Virus record (IMG/VR): IMGVR_UViG_3300024303_000011
DNA: 64,000 bases
Strand: one strand, 5' to 3'
Source: a virus
Taxonomy: Duplodnaviria; Heunggongvirae; Uroviricota; Caudoviricetes
The position numbers were made by a program, and so were the translations under genes. This document shows positions 21,723-31,200 of the stretch, piece after piece (the stretch's first letter is position 1; each line of letters begins with the position of its first letter). The notes under the pieces are model-generated. The model had not been told where the DNA came from. It made no database searches and saw only the letters and a list, made by a program, of their open reading frames with translations.

Positions 21723-21959
21723 TTAAGTGAAGCTTCGTGTGTTCCACTTATTATAAAGTGACTTCAGCCTATCAGTTTTTTCAAAAACCCAAGTCAACTC
21801 AAGTTTTCCATCTTTCTTTGTAGATAAAACATCCAGCAGATCGTCGAACAAATATGCATCATAATACAAATAAGTTGCTACCTGCTGGCAATTTTTTATC
21901 CATAATATTTTGCTATTTGAGGGCTCATAAGAACGCCCGGTTAGCTTGCTTGTTATCAT
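21723..21959 (-). CDS. Small DUF5659-like protein
   Basis: I.N..QV..YL.....L.WVFEK...LY.KW pattern. Confidence 0.5.
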   Translation of the reverse strand: MITSKLTGRSYEPSNSKILWIKNCQQVATYLYYDAYLFDDLLDVLSTKKDGKLELTWVFEKTDRLKSLYNKWNTRSFT

Positions 21960-21978
21960 TTATGTATGCTCCTTTTGC

Positions 21979-22037
21979 AAAAAAATAAGGAATACCTCGC
22001 ACTCGTTTAATAGGAGTAAGGTATTCCTTATGTTTTT
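21979..22037. terminator. Probable bidirectional terminator
   Basis: 13-bp inverted repeat ATAAGGAATACCT/AGGTATTCCTTAT flanked by an A-run and a T-run. Confidence 0.6.
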
Positions 22038-22073
22038 ATTAAATTACTCCTGAGTGACATAAAATCACTTCTT

Positions 22074-22391
22074 TTATACATTATTGACAGGCTGAACATT
22101 TGGTCTGACAATCTCAACTGCAGGCTTTGACTCTGCCTTAATGGTAGAGATATGCTTGCGAATAGAGGGAGTCAGTGTTTCAGCGTCAGTATTATAAGGC
22201 ACTAATGCCTTCAATGTGTCGCCTGCGGTTGCAAGGCCACATCCGTGTTTAGAAAGAATCTCAAAGATATCGGCGTGCTTCTTAGAACAATAACGCTCTG
22301 CATCATAAGCTGGTTTGGTTACTGCACACTTGGGGCAGAATTCATATTCTTTACCGCAAGTAGCACAGGTATATTTATTTCCACGTGCCAT
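22074..22391 (-). CDS. Cys-rich (zinc-binding) hypothetical protein
   Basis: CATCGKEYEFCPKC...YCS. Confidence 0.65.
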   Translation of the reverse strand: MARGNKYTCATCGKEYEFCPKCAVTKPAYDAERYCSKKHADIFEILSKHGCGLATAGDTLKALVPYNTDAETLTPSIRKHISTIKAESKPAVEIVRPNVQPVNNV

Positions 22392-22427
22392 TCGAGATCA
22401 CTCCTTTAATCATTATTTTAAAACAAC

Positions 22428-22459
22428 AAAAAGAGAGCGGTATAGGTAAAACCGCTCTC
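22428..22459 (-). terminator. Rho-independent terminator downstream of the tail tube gene
   Basis: GAGAGCGGT-9 nt-ACCGCTCTC-TTTTT. Confidence 0.75.
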
Positions 22460-22567
22460 GTGTCAATAAGGCTTATGACTTCCTCATTTATTTTGTTATA
22501 ATTATATTATACTACAATCATTTTGTATTGTGTATTAACAATATTTGTAGTATTTTATTCTCAAAAA

Positions 22568-23771
22568 TTATTCAGGAATAACAATGGAGAACAATTTCTT
22601 CTCTTTATCGCAATCTTTATGTTTAACTAAGTTCGCTACGCTTAATCGGTACTATTAAGTACGCCTTACAATTTCTTGTAAGAACAGACTATATCTTCAT
22701 CCTCTGTCGAGGAGCAAACCACTTCGGATCGCTTGACCCTACAATTAGTCGTTGAACCTTTTCCTATTCGGAACTTGGCTGCTGATTATCCATTTTAAAC
22801 AGTAGTTAGGATTTAACCATATACCATCTACATTATTTTTTCTACTTTCGTAACATTCGCACTTTGATATATTTCACTCATATGCTGTAGTTAATGTAGC
22901 TTTAGGACTTTCCAGCAATTCAGTTTGTAATTTTTCATGCAGCTTGCGCTACACGGGAGCTAAGTAAGAATTTACCTACATTGTAAGTAAAACTCAACTC
23001 CTGCATTGCTCTCATAGAGAAGGGGTGAGTGCTATCAGTAGCGATAGACCAGTCGAAATCAGGAGACAGCTTTGCATTGGGGAAGATTAAGTATGCATAA
23101 ATCAGATTCGTCTGATCGCATACATCTGCGCCAAGGATCTCCATGATAAACTTGCAACCAACAGGGAAGTTGGTAGCAGTATTGGCAACCTCAACAGCGC
23201 CGTTACCCTCAGCACCGTCAGCATCATAGTCATACATGAAGAAGAGCTGATCGCCTGCCTTATAGCCAGCTTCACCAATTACAACAGTAACGGTCTTACC
23301 AGAAATAGCAATCTTCTTATCTGCAGCAGTGGTGTCAACAGTAACTTTCTCGCCAAGAGTTCCATCGCCGTTCAGAACATAAACTTTAGGATCAGCCTTG
23401 GGTGTGTGAGTGAGAGTATAAGTAGTAGCTTCAGTAACGTCTACCGTCTGGAAGCAAGGAGCCTCAATCTTTGCAGTAGAAGAAGCAATCTTCTTAGTAG
23501 TACCAGCCTGAGTAGCAAGCAGGTTCATATCAAACAGAGCATTTTCAGCGCTGAACTCAGCTGTCTTAGCGCGATAGAACGTAGCGATAGGAACATTCAG
23601 AGCGTCAACAGCGTCAGTAGACTCAGAGGTGCAGCTCAGAGAAGGGTTGGTAATCTGGTTGATAGAGAAGAGAACGTCACCAGCCTTGATGCCGAGTTTT
23701 GTGTTATCACCCTGAGAAACAGCAATACCACGAACTACTCTGTCAATTACAAAATTATTAAGATCGAACAT
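22568..23771 (-). CDS. Major tail (tube) protein, spliced: exon 1 23771-22997 and exon 2 22614-22568, 273 aa
   Basis: GGAGG RBS, MFDLNNFVIDRVVR start; position after neck genes; joined exons give ...MQEYCDKEKKLFSIVIPE*. Confidence 0.75.
22615..22996 (-). ncRNA. Group I self-splicing intron, 382 nt, no homing endonuclease ORF
   Basis: P AATTGCTGGAAA (22920-22909), Q AATCAGCAG, R GTTCAACGACTA, S AAGATATAGTC; P1 GGAGU/UGAGU pairs with ACUUAGCUCC giving U.G at the splice site; terminal G; removal restores frame. Confidence 0.92.
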
Positions 23772-23855
23772 AATATTTTCCTCCTTAAGAAAAATAAATA
23801 ATAATTGTTTATATAATAAAAAGAGCCATAGGCCCATTTATCCAATATGAGAAAT

Positions 23856-24599
23856 TTATTTGGTGATTTCTCTACACCAATCAAATTCTTTTTTATTTAT
23901 CTTTTTTGTATCAATCATTCCAGAATACATTCCACCCAATAAAGCATCGGTATTTACAATAACCTGCAATCTGGATAAGTCATCCATAAATTCATACAAT
24001 CCCATATTTTTTACATAATCCAAAGTATAGCCCATACGACATTTTACCGAAGATATCAAAGGTCTCAAAAACGACTTATATTCTTGCTTCTGACTATAAG
24101 CCTGCTTCTGTCTATCCTCTTCAATCATAAATTTCTTTGTAAATTCGTTGGCGGCTTTTTCAACTTTTTTTGTCAAGCTGTGAGCCGAACATAGATATGA
24201 ACTAATCTTTCCATATGCCAATTCATCAATAATCGCTCCCGTGTCTGGATTTGCCAACACGACAGTATCATTTTGACGATTCTCAAATGGTTTCATAGCT
24301 TGAAAATCAAAATCTCCAAACAAAATATACGTTTTATCTTGCGGTAACGTTGGGGCCAACATCATAAATAATTGAAAGTCTGTAATAGCAGTCCAATCAA
24401 TTCCCATATCCCAAAGTTGAGACTTCATTTCTGAAGGTATTGCAGTAATAGTTTGTAACATAGAATAATATTGTCTTTCGCCATATTTTACAAGATCCCC
24501 AATCTTAGGGATTGTAATGGTAATATAATCATTAATTACATAAGGATCTCCAAAATATAGCGACAGTTCGTCGGCTATTAACAAATTTTCGTTACTCAT
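23856..24599 (-). CDS. Virion morphogenesis hypothetical protein (tail chaperone-like)
   Basis: Position in head-tail module; overlapping start/stop. Confidence 0.55.
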   Translation of the reverse strand: MSNENLLIADELSLYFGDPYVINDYITITIPKIGDLVKYGERQYYSMLQTITAIPSEMKSQLWDMGIDWTAITDFQLFMMLAPTLPQDKTYILFGDFDFQAMKPFENRQNDTVVLANPDTGAIIDELAYGKISSYLCSAHSLTKKVEKAANEFTKKFMIEEDRQKQAYSQKQEYKSFLRPLISSVKCRMGYTLDYVKNMGLYEFMDDLSRLQVIVNTDALLGGMYSGMIDTKKINKKEFDWCREITK

Positions 24600-25153
24600 A
24601 AACTATCTCTCTGAAGTGAGTTGTCTTGTCTGTTTACAATAGACTTTCTTTCATATGGATTCGTTTTATATGGTTTTATAGAATTAGGAGTCGTCATCTC
24701 GAATTGCAAAGTTCTTGTACAATAGTCTGCATCTGTAACTCCTTCGCGGTTATATACAAGGTTAAGCTGCATACCAAGACTATTAGATAAATGAAAAACG
24801 TCTCTCACTAGATATGCTAGTAAGTCATGTCTTTCGGCACCCCACTTGGTTTTCACTAAATCTTTATGTACAAATATAACAACTTTAAGAAATTGTGATT
24901 TCATCGCTTTATTGGTTTGAGCAGTTTCCATGTCGTCAAGCATAAATGTTATAAAACTCTTCGACACATCTTGTGTACCAGGAATGCGGACGAACGGATA
25001 TATATTAGTATACAAATATTCTTCGGGGCAATTTGGATCAAGTTCCGGATTTTCCAAAACTTCAATAATATCAGGATCACTATAAATCATCTCTGAAATA
25101 ATGCGCTTCTTACGAACAATATCGTCATCGATATTTTGTATATCCCTAATCAT
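24596..25153 (-). CDS. Tail terminator/completion-like protein
   Basis: Position; NIYPFVRIP...VVIFVH...RHDLL pattern. Confidence 0.55.
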   Translation of the reverse strand: MIRDIQNIDDDIVRKKRIISEMIYSDPDIIEVLENPELDPNCPEEYLYTNIYPFVRIPGTQDVSKSFITFMLDDMETAQTNKAMKSQFLKVVIFVHKDLVKTKWGAERHDLLAYLVRDVFHLSNSLGMQLNLVYNREGVTDADYCTRTLQFEMTTPNSIKPYKTNPYERKSIVNRQDNSLQRDSL

Positions 25154-26220
25154 CCAACCACCTCCATTTTCAATTCTGCGCTACTTCCATCCGTTCCAAT
25201 AACTTGAATAATAAGCACTTTTCCAACTAATTCATACTTTTGTGCTATTTTAAGTTTTAATTTATTTCCGTCATATTCTATGATGTAATCTTCCATATCG
25301 GAAGTAATTGCGCCATTTTCATCACTAATTGTCCACGATTGTGGCGTTACACCATCAGTACTAAATGACGGAGTAAATATTTTGAAACTTCCACCAACTT
25401 TAAGAGTAGGTGTAGTTCCGTTATATGTAATTGCGGCAGTTCCAAGAATCTCAACTTCTGGCTCCGGAACTTCCGGTTCAATAGTTGAACCCCAATAATC
25501 AGCCAACATCAGATCAACATTGTCAGTTATTGGATTGTAATTTTCCTGCGTAAACTTAAGTTTTGTTAATCCTTCTGGTTGTGTATCTTCAATTTTACTT
25601 GTAGACCACGCTAAAGGAGGACGTCTACGAGGATCTGAAATCAGAAACCTCTGATTGTAACCAATCGTCAATGTATCATTGTTTGTAGGCAGCCATGCGG
25701 ACGTGATATTGTCCACGAATGTGAATCGGTCGCCATCCCAACTACCAGAGTTGTAACTTTGCTGTACTCTTTGTACGCCCAAGCAATGATATATCTTTCC
25801 ACCAGTAACCCAACCAAATGTCCAATTACATTCAAGAATTTGATATTGCCTAAAATAAGGACGTTCATCTAAATGGCAAATCATCCACCACTTCCATTCA
25901 TGGTCTTCATCTTCCATATAGACATAACTTCCTAAAGCAATATCTGGATTCCGCTTTTCTTCTCCATGCCTAAATTGCAACAGGTAAGAAACCTCATCTG
26001 AAGTAATTGATTGATAAGTTTTTATATTGAATTTGGCATCAATAAGTTCATGTGCTGCGGTAACTTCTGGCAAACCACTATTCACTTTAACAACATAAAC
26101 TTGCCTATAATTAGGATCTCGCGTCCAAGTCTGCTCTATTACCATATTGGACTGCATACGAAGCATTTCACTCATATTTCTGCCTCTATGAGCCATACGG
26201 TTTTTATAAGATTCAAACAT
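25150..26220 (-). CDS. Head-closure/neck protein with Ig-like C-terminus
   Basis: Position; ILECNW motif; beta-rich tail. Confidence 0.55.
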   Translation of the reverse strand: MFESYKNRMAHRGRNMSEMLRMQSNMVIEQTWTRDPNYRQVYVVKVNSGLPEVTAAHELIDAKFNIKTYQSITSDEVSYLLQFRHGEEKRNPDIALGSYVYMEDEDHEWKWWMICHLDERPYFRQYQILECNWTFGWVTGGKIYHCLGVQRVQQSYNSGSWDGDRFTFVDNITSAWLPTNNDTLTIGYNQRFLISDPRRRPPLAWSTSKIEDTQPEGLTKLKFTQENYNPITDNVDLMLADYWGSTIEPEVPEPEVEILGTAAITYNGTTPTLKVGGSFKIFTPSFSTDGVTPQSWTISDENGAITSDMEDYIIEYDGNKLKLKIAQKYELVGKVLIIQVIGTDGSSAELKMEVVG

Positions 26221-26530
26221 TGGAATCACCGCCATTCAATGTATCAACTAAATTTGCGGCATCAAGAATACATTTGCGGAATTGTGTAGGCTCTCTTCGA
26301 GCCGTTTCTAAAAAACTAACAATTGAAAGTACTTCTGGCTGAAAATTAAAAAGCTTATTAGAGCCATATATTTGATTTATTAGCGTTTGAATTCGAACAT
26401 CCAAAAGTGGATATCCTTCCTCCTGCTTATAAAGCAGATCTATAAGACTGCCATAAAAATATTTTTTTTGCTTCTCAACCTGATTTGACGGGATGTTTCC
26501 ATAACAAGTTTCCATACGAACACCCCTCAA
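26213..26530 (-). CDS. Hypothetical neck-region protein
   Basis: Tight gene packing. Confidence 0.55.
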   Translation of the reverse strand: MRGVRMETCYGNIPSNQVEKQKKYFYGSLIDLLYKQEEGYPLLDVRIQTLINQIYGSNKLFNFQPEVLSIVSFLETARREPTQFRKCILDAANLVDTLNGGDSNV

Positions 26531-26949
26531 TCATCAAAATATTCATTATCTATGTAAGTGTAATCACGAGAAAGTTTTTGTGCTTCTATACGCAGTCTTT
26601 CATCTAATTCGCGCAGTTCTGCGATATGTTGTGACTGCGAATAATATTTGGCTTCTTTGCCAGAAAACACTTGGAGGGTTAACGTTACGCTATGAAGCTG
26701 TTGACTGACCCACTCTCTAACCATCATAATTGCAAGAATCTCCTGTTCAATATCTGTTAAATCAGAATTAAACTGTTTTAGATTCTCGTCACGACTGGTT
26801 AAATCATGTGTGCATTTACGATGCTTCGCAACCGCGCTCATTAACCATCCATGTAGCATATTTTCAAGATCTTCCTCCGGTAATGTTACCAACGTTGGAT
26901 CTTCAATCTTTGATAAACACTTTTCATATAGACTCGCATAAGAGGTCAT
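26527..26949 (-). CDS. Head-tail adaptor protein
   Basis: Helical ~140 aa with DLTDIEQEILAIMM..W; follows capsid. Confidence 0.6.
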   Translation of the reverse strand: MTSYASLYEKCLSKIEDPTLVTLPEEDLENMLHGWLMSAVAKHRKCTHDLTSRDENLKQFNSDLTDIEQEILAIMMVREWVSQQLHSVTLTLQVFSGKEAKYYSQSQHIAELRELDERLRIEAQKLSRDYTYIDNEYFDD

Positions 26950-26966
26950 TCAAGGCACCTCCTACA

Positions 26967-27512
26967 TCAGATCATCATTTTTAATTCCGTACCTAAAATC
27001 TCATCAATGGCCTTAATCATTCTCAAGTCATAAAGAGAACCATCTTGAATCATTGAATATGCCATATTTTGTACAGTAGATTTCATACCATCAGGAAGCT
27101 TTTTGAGCTGCGCAATAAATTGTCTCATAGGAAGCTTAAATATTTCCTTAAGATTTACCTGTTGAATGTTATCATAAAGGTCTCCGAGATCTGCCTTCCA
27201 TTCTTCGCATATATCTTCGTCCTCAATGATAATCATTGGCTCGAATAAATATCTAGAATGAAGTGCTCTCCAAGACACTAGGTCTTGATATTCAACCTCT
27301 CTAACGTCTCCCTCGTTTGCCCAGCTATAAGGCATACGAGTCTTTGGTCCAATAAGTCTAAGTTCACCAAAGCGAACACTTCTACATAAGATTAGTTCAC
27401 TCGGATCATGTTTTGGCTTATTAGTTTTCTTAATTTCTTGAACAGGAGTTTCCACAACCTGTTCCTCTACAACTTCCTCTACCTGCGCCGCAGTTTTCTT
27501 TGCGTTTGCCAT
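26967..27512 (-). CDS. Hypothetical protein after capsid (SPbeta YonA position)
   Basis: AGGAG RBS; synteny. Confidence 0.6.
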   Translation of the reverse strand: MANAKKTAAQVEEVVEEQVVETPVQEIKKTNKPKHDPSELILCRSVRFGELRLIGPKTRMPYSWANEGDVREVEYQDLVSWRALHSRYLFEPMIIIEDEDICEEWKADLGDLYDNIQQVNLKEIFKLPMRQFIAQLKKLPDGMKSTVQNMAYSMIQDGSLYDLRMIKAIDEILGTELKMMI

Positions 27513-27547
27513 AATGTTTTCTCCTTTTTCTCTATTTATCTAATCAA

Positions 27548-28654
27548 TTAGACGATTTCCCATACACCAAAGACGGTATTAAGAATAACATTGATACCCA
27601 TCTTATAGAGTACTTCATACTCATATGACATATCTCTATTGGTATCCTTATCTGTCACGGTGCTTACCTGAGTCTCACCATAGTTAACAACTTTGATAAA
27701 CTTATTCACAACGCTAGTAGGAATGATATAAAGTCTATCGGTATCAAGCATATATTCAACAGAAGCGCTGTTAATGCCAGCTCCGCGCTTTAGACCCTGA
27801 CCAATTTCAGCCACAGCAAAGCCTTCCCAGTTACCAAGAATGCCACCATTTCTGTAATACTCTTCCTTAACAGATTCAGGAGCCCAATTTACATCTGCCA
27901 TAGCGGTCAGAGAAGAAAGAGCTGTACGAGCACCAAAAATGGTTACTTCAGAACCGGTTGCCATAGAAATATCCTGGCAAAGCTTTACAAGAGTTGACTT
28001 ATTAGCGGTGTCGATTGCACCGGACTTAACCCAGTTTGCACCAAGGCTGTCCTTAGCGCCTCTCAGAGAAGCATAAAGAGCATCATACAGATAACGGTTG
28101 ATAGCCTCTGCAACCTTAGAAACGAAAGCTGCCCAATCTTCTGCACCAGTTAGAACTCTTTCAAAGTCTGCGTAAATTTTCAGACCGAACCACTCACCAG
28201 CAACGGAGAAGTGACGTCCAGCGCCCAGTCTCTGTCTAATCATGTTGTGGTGGTTACCAGAAACCTTAGATACGCTCAGGATGGAATCATCTTCAACGTA
28301 GAAGTCATTCTCATCGCCAAGAGCCAGGTTCTTAACTTCAACAAACTGCATGAAGAAGGGATTCTCCATCCAGCCAGTAATAATCATTTCTTCAACGGTT
28401 TCCTCAATCAGAGTAAACACGAGATCCTTGTTAGCGCGGATAGCACGTCTAACATGCTGAGGTCTATCAGTGGGCTCAATGCCGAGAGCAGCTCTAAACT
28501 TCTCTACGATCTTCTGATTAGCCTCCTTGGCGGAATAATCCTTTACCTCACCACGAGCAGCATCGAGAAGGAGCTCAGCGAAACAAACAAGATTTTCATT
28601 ATCATTTTCAAATGCATTCTGAACAGTTGTGTTAAACATCATTAGATTCTTCAT
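27548..28654 (-). CDS. Major capsid protein
   Basis: 368 aa; follows protease and decoration genes; strongly biased codon usage. Confidence 0.8.
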   Translation of the reverse strand: MKNLMMFNTTVQNAFENDNENLVCFAELLLDAARGEVKDYSAKEANQKIVEKFRAALGIEPTDRPQHVRRAIRANKDLVFTLIEETVEEMIITGWMENPFFMQFVEVKNLALGDENDFYVEDDSILSVSKVSGNHHNMIRQRLGAGRHFSVAGEWFGLKIYADFERVLTGAEDWAAFVSKVAEAINRYLYDALYASLRGAKDSLGANWVKSGAIDTANKSTLVKLCQDISMATGSEVTIFGARTALSSLTAMADVNWAPESVKEEYYRNGGILGNWEGFAVAEIGQGLKRGAGINSASVEYMLDTDRLYIIPTSVVNKFIKVVNYGETQVSTVTDKDTNRDMSYEYEVLYKMGINVILNTVFGVWEIV

Positions 28655-28674
28655 AATTCATTTCCTCCTTTCAA

Positions 28675-29163
28675 TTATGCTACAGTATAGCCAGCTTCAT
28701 CAGACCAAGAAACGGTTGCGCCAATAGCAGGAGCAGGATCGCCCTCTTTGAGTCCAAATGCGGTAACGGATACAGTAAATACGTCATGTTTCTTCATTGG
28801 ATACATTCTTGCACGACTACCCTTTGCATTGTAGTAGTTCTCAAGTTCCTGATAAACCTTCAAGAAGTCATTCTCCATTGTCTCAGGGTTGTGTACAAAA
28901 TAGCCATCGCAATCATCCTGGAGTTCATATCTAACCATTGTGCGACCCATATTGTAAACAATTTCGATAACTTTTGCAGAAAAAGCGCCTGTAAATGCAC
29001 CAACTGCGTAATACTCGCCAGCCTTATAGTCACCAAGAGCTACGATTTCGCCATTATCTCTATCCTTGTCCATTTCTCCAGACAGGATGTGACCATCGCC
29101 ATACACTGCAGATACACGAGAAATCTCTGCGACCCAGTGCTTATTAATTAAATCCTGTGCCAT
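28675..29163 (-). CDS. Capsid decoration/head fibre protein
   Basis: DNG.IV..G motif; lies between scaffold and capsid. Confidence 0.6.
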   Translation of the reverse strand: MAQDLINKHWVAEISRVSAVYGDGHILSGEMDKDRDNGEIVALGDYKAGEYYAVGAFTGAFSAKVIEIVYNMGRTMVRYELQDDCDGYFVHNPETMENDFLKVYQELENYYNAKGSRARMYPMKKHDVFTVSVTAFGLKEGDPAPAIGATVSWSDEAGYTVA

Positions 29164-29254
29164 ATTATTTTCCTCCTAATTTTGTATTTATTTAAAGTAA
29201 TAGGCATATTAAAAAAGAACATATCAATGTTCCTTGATAATCATTTTGTATTGT

Positions 29255-30952
29255 TTAATTATCAAAAAGTTTTCCGTATGCTTTCTTTTTCTTATCCTCT
29301 TTTTTCTGTAAACCAAAGCCAATGACCATAGGCTTCTTTTCTTTATCTTTAGAAGCAAAATCGCCATTTGCTTTAACAAACTTTGCAAAGATTACATCTG
29401 CTTTGATTTCTAGATCCTCAACAGAGTATTTGTCCATTTCAGACTTTAATGCCTTAAACGCATCATCTTCGGCAAGAATAGCATATTCATCTCTAGATAG
29501 AATAGCATTCTTCTTCTCCTTAATTTCCGCAGCATCAAAATTATCCTTGAAAGCCTTGAGTTTGTTATACTCCGTCTCAAGAGCAGCATAATCCTCTCTC
29601 ATTTTTTCAATAGCCAGTTTTTCAGATTCAGTAAGAATCATCTTAAACATTTCCTGTCTATCTCCAGAAAGAGAAACATTGTCACCATCTACAGAGTAAG
29701 GCTGTTTATACAGTTTGTTGCCAGCCCAGTTTTCGAAGATGAAATAATCGTCATAAACATTGGTTACCCAATACCACTCGTTATCTTCTTCTTCATAAAC
29801 GCCAAGAAGATTAAACAATGCACCGCGAATATCTTCGTGAGAAATTTCAAAAGTAATAGTCACATTGCCATTCTCATCAGTGGAATATGACTTTCTTGAT
29901 TCGAAAGTATTTCCTTCTTCACCACCAGAATCATCTTCGCCAGAATCATCGCTGCCGGCATCTTCTCCGTCACCGTTATCATCATTTCCATTTTCATCAG
30001 AACCTTCTGCACCATCATCAGAGCCGTCATCAGAATTATCATCATCAAATAACTCCGCAAACTTTGCCTCAAGTTCATCATCGGAAAGTCCTTCAATTTC
30101 GAAGGTTATATCTTCTGCGGTTTTACCATACTTAATCAAAAGTTCTTCAAATTTATTCATCTCAACATCTCCTCCTTTCTTATCAGATTCCTTATTGAAA
30201 TTAGATAAAGTCGTATTTAACTTTTCTAAAACCTCAATCATTTTGTCTTGATATGCAAATTTAGGTTCCTTGTGACAGAAATCATCAATATCGCCTCTTG
30301 CGCCAAGCATGCCCTCACCTATTTCTTTACCTCTATCATCTACCCCTAAAAGAGTGGTTCCGCTGAAATAAAAATCAATAAGATCAAGATATTTTTCTTT
30401 GGCATTGTAGGCAAGCTCGTTGATAACAAGTTCACAGCTTACTTTTGTTCCATTTTTTCTTCTAATAATATCAGCCGTTTCAGTATATCCCTCTGGTATA
30501 ACAGCATATGCCATAACATATGTTTTATCCATTTTCTCATCATACTCTAACCAAGGGTTATCTGCCGTAAAACAGCCAACCGGTTTTTCTAAATAATTAA
30601 TTTCAGTCTCTCCGTCTTCATTCTCTACAATTTCCATATTGTGAGCATAAAAGTCCTTGGTGCCATCTTCCAACTCATGAATATACGCCAAAATTGGACG
30701 GTATTTTAAGGTTGGCATTGCCTTTTCCATATTTTCTTTGGATATGTGACTACCATTACGGTTAGTTTCAGTATGACAAACCTTAAGCTTTAATTTTAGC
30801 ATGCCAGGCATATCATCTTCTTCTGTCGCAAAGTATCCTTGCGTTGTAACAATAATCGGCGTACCAGACTCTTTAGAGTTAAAATTAACAGATTTATTCT
30901 GTTGTACAAAAAACTGATATAAATTATCAAGAGTTAAAATTTGTTTTGCCAT
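29255..30952 (-). CDS. Prohead protease-scaffold fusion
   Basis: CHTETNRNGS...RPILA...KVSCEL protease-like domain, acidic linker, coiled-coil C-terminus. Confidence 0.7.
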   Translation of the reverse strand: MAKQILTLDNLYQFFVQQNKSVNFNSKESGTPIIVTTQGYFATEEDDMPGMLKLKLKVCHTETNRNGSHISKENMEKAMPTLKYRPILAYIHELEDGTKDFYAHNMEIVENEDGETEINYLEKPVGCFTADNPWLEYDEKMDKTYVMAYAVIPEGYTETADIIRRKNGTKVSCELVINELAYNAKEKYLDLIDFYFSGTTLLGVDDRGKEIGEGMLGARGDIDDFCHKEPKFAYQDKMIEVLEKLNTTLSNFNKESDKKGGDVEMNKFEELLIKYGKTAEDITFEIEGLSDDELEAKFAELFDDDNSDDGSDDGAEGSDENGNDDNGDGEDAGSDDSGEDDSGGEEGNTFESRKSYSTDENGNVTITFEISHEDIRGALFNLLGVYEEEDNEWYWVTNVYDDYFIFENWAGNKLYKQPYSVDGDNVSLSGDRQEMFKMILTESEKLAIEKMREDYAALETEYNKLKAFKDNFDAAEIKEKKNAILSRDEYAILAEDDAFKALKSEMDKYSVEDLEIKADVIFAKFVKANGDFASKDKEKKPMVIGFGLQKKEDKKKKAYGKLFDN

Positions 30953-31004
30953 TGTCTTATCCTCCTTTCTTTAGTGATATTTATTGCAAGTCCACAGGAG
31001 GACA

Positions 31005-31181
31005 TTACAAACTCAACATATTCGTATAAGCAATATTCTTTTTAACTTCTTCAAAATTGAAATTCTTTGGACTCTCATTTAAAAAAGTATAGACATTGCC
31101 AATATGAGACACGAGCTTAAATCCCTCTGCTATCAATTTATCTGCAGTTGGTTTATCTGTCGTCTTAATAAAATTATTCAT
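31005..31181 (-). CDS. Small protein, 58 aa, loosely DUF5659-like
   Basis: Read by hand: GAGG RBS, MNNFIKTTDKPTADKLIAEGFKLVS...YTNMLSL*. Confidence 0.7.
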   Translation of the reverse strand: MNNFIKTTDKPTADKLIAEGFKLVSHIGNVYTFLNESPKNFNFEEVKKNIAYTNMLSL

Positions 31182-31200
31182 TGTAGCAATACCTCTTTAA

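Noticed and set aside
22935..23837. ORF-track 300-aa protein as the tail protein
   Set aside because: The RBS supports a start at 23771, and the final ~20 codons lie inside the intron
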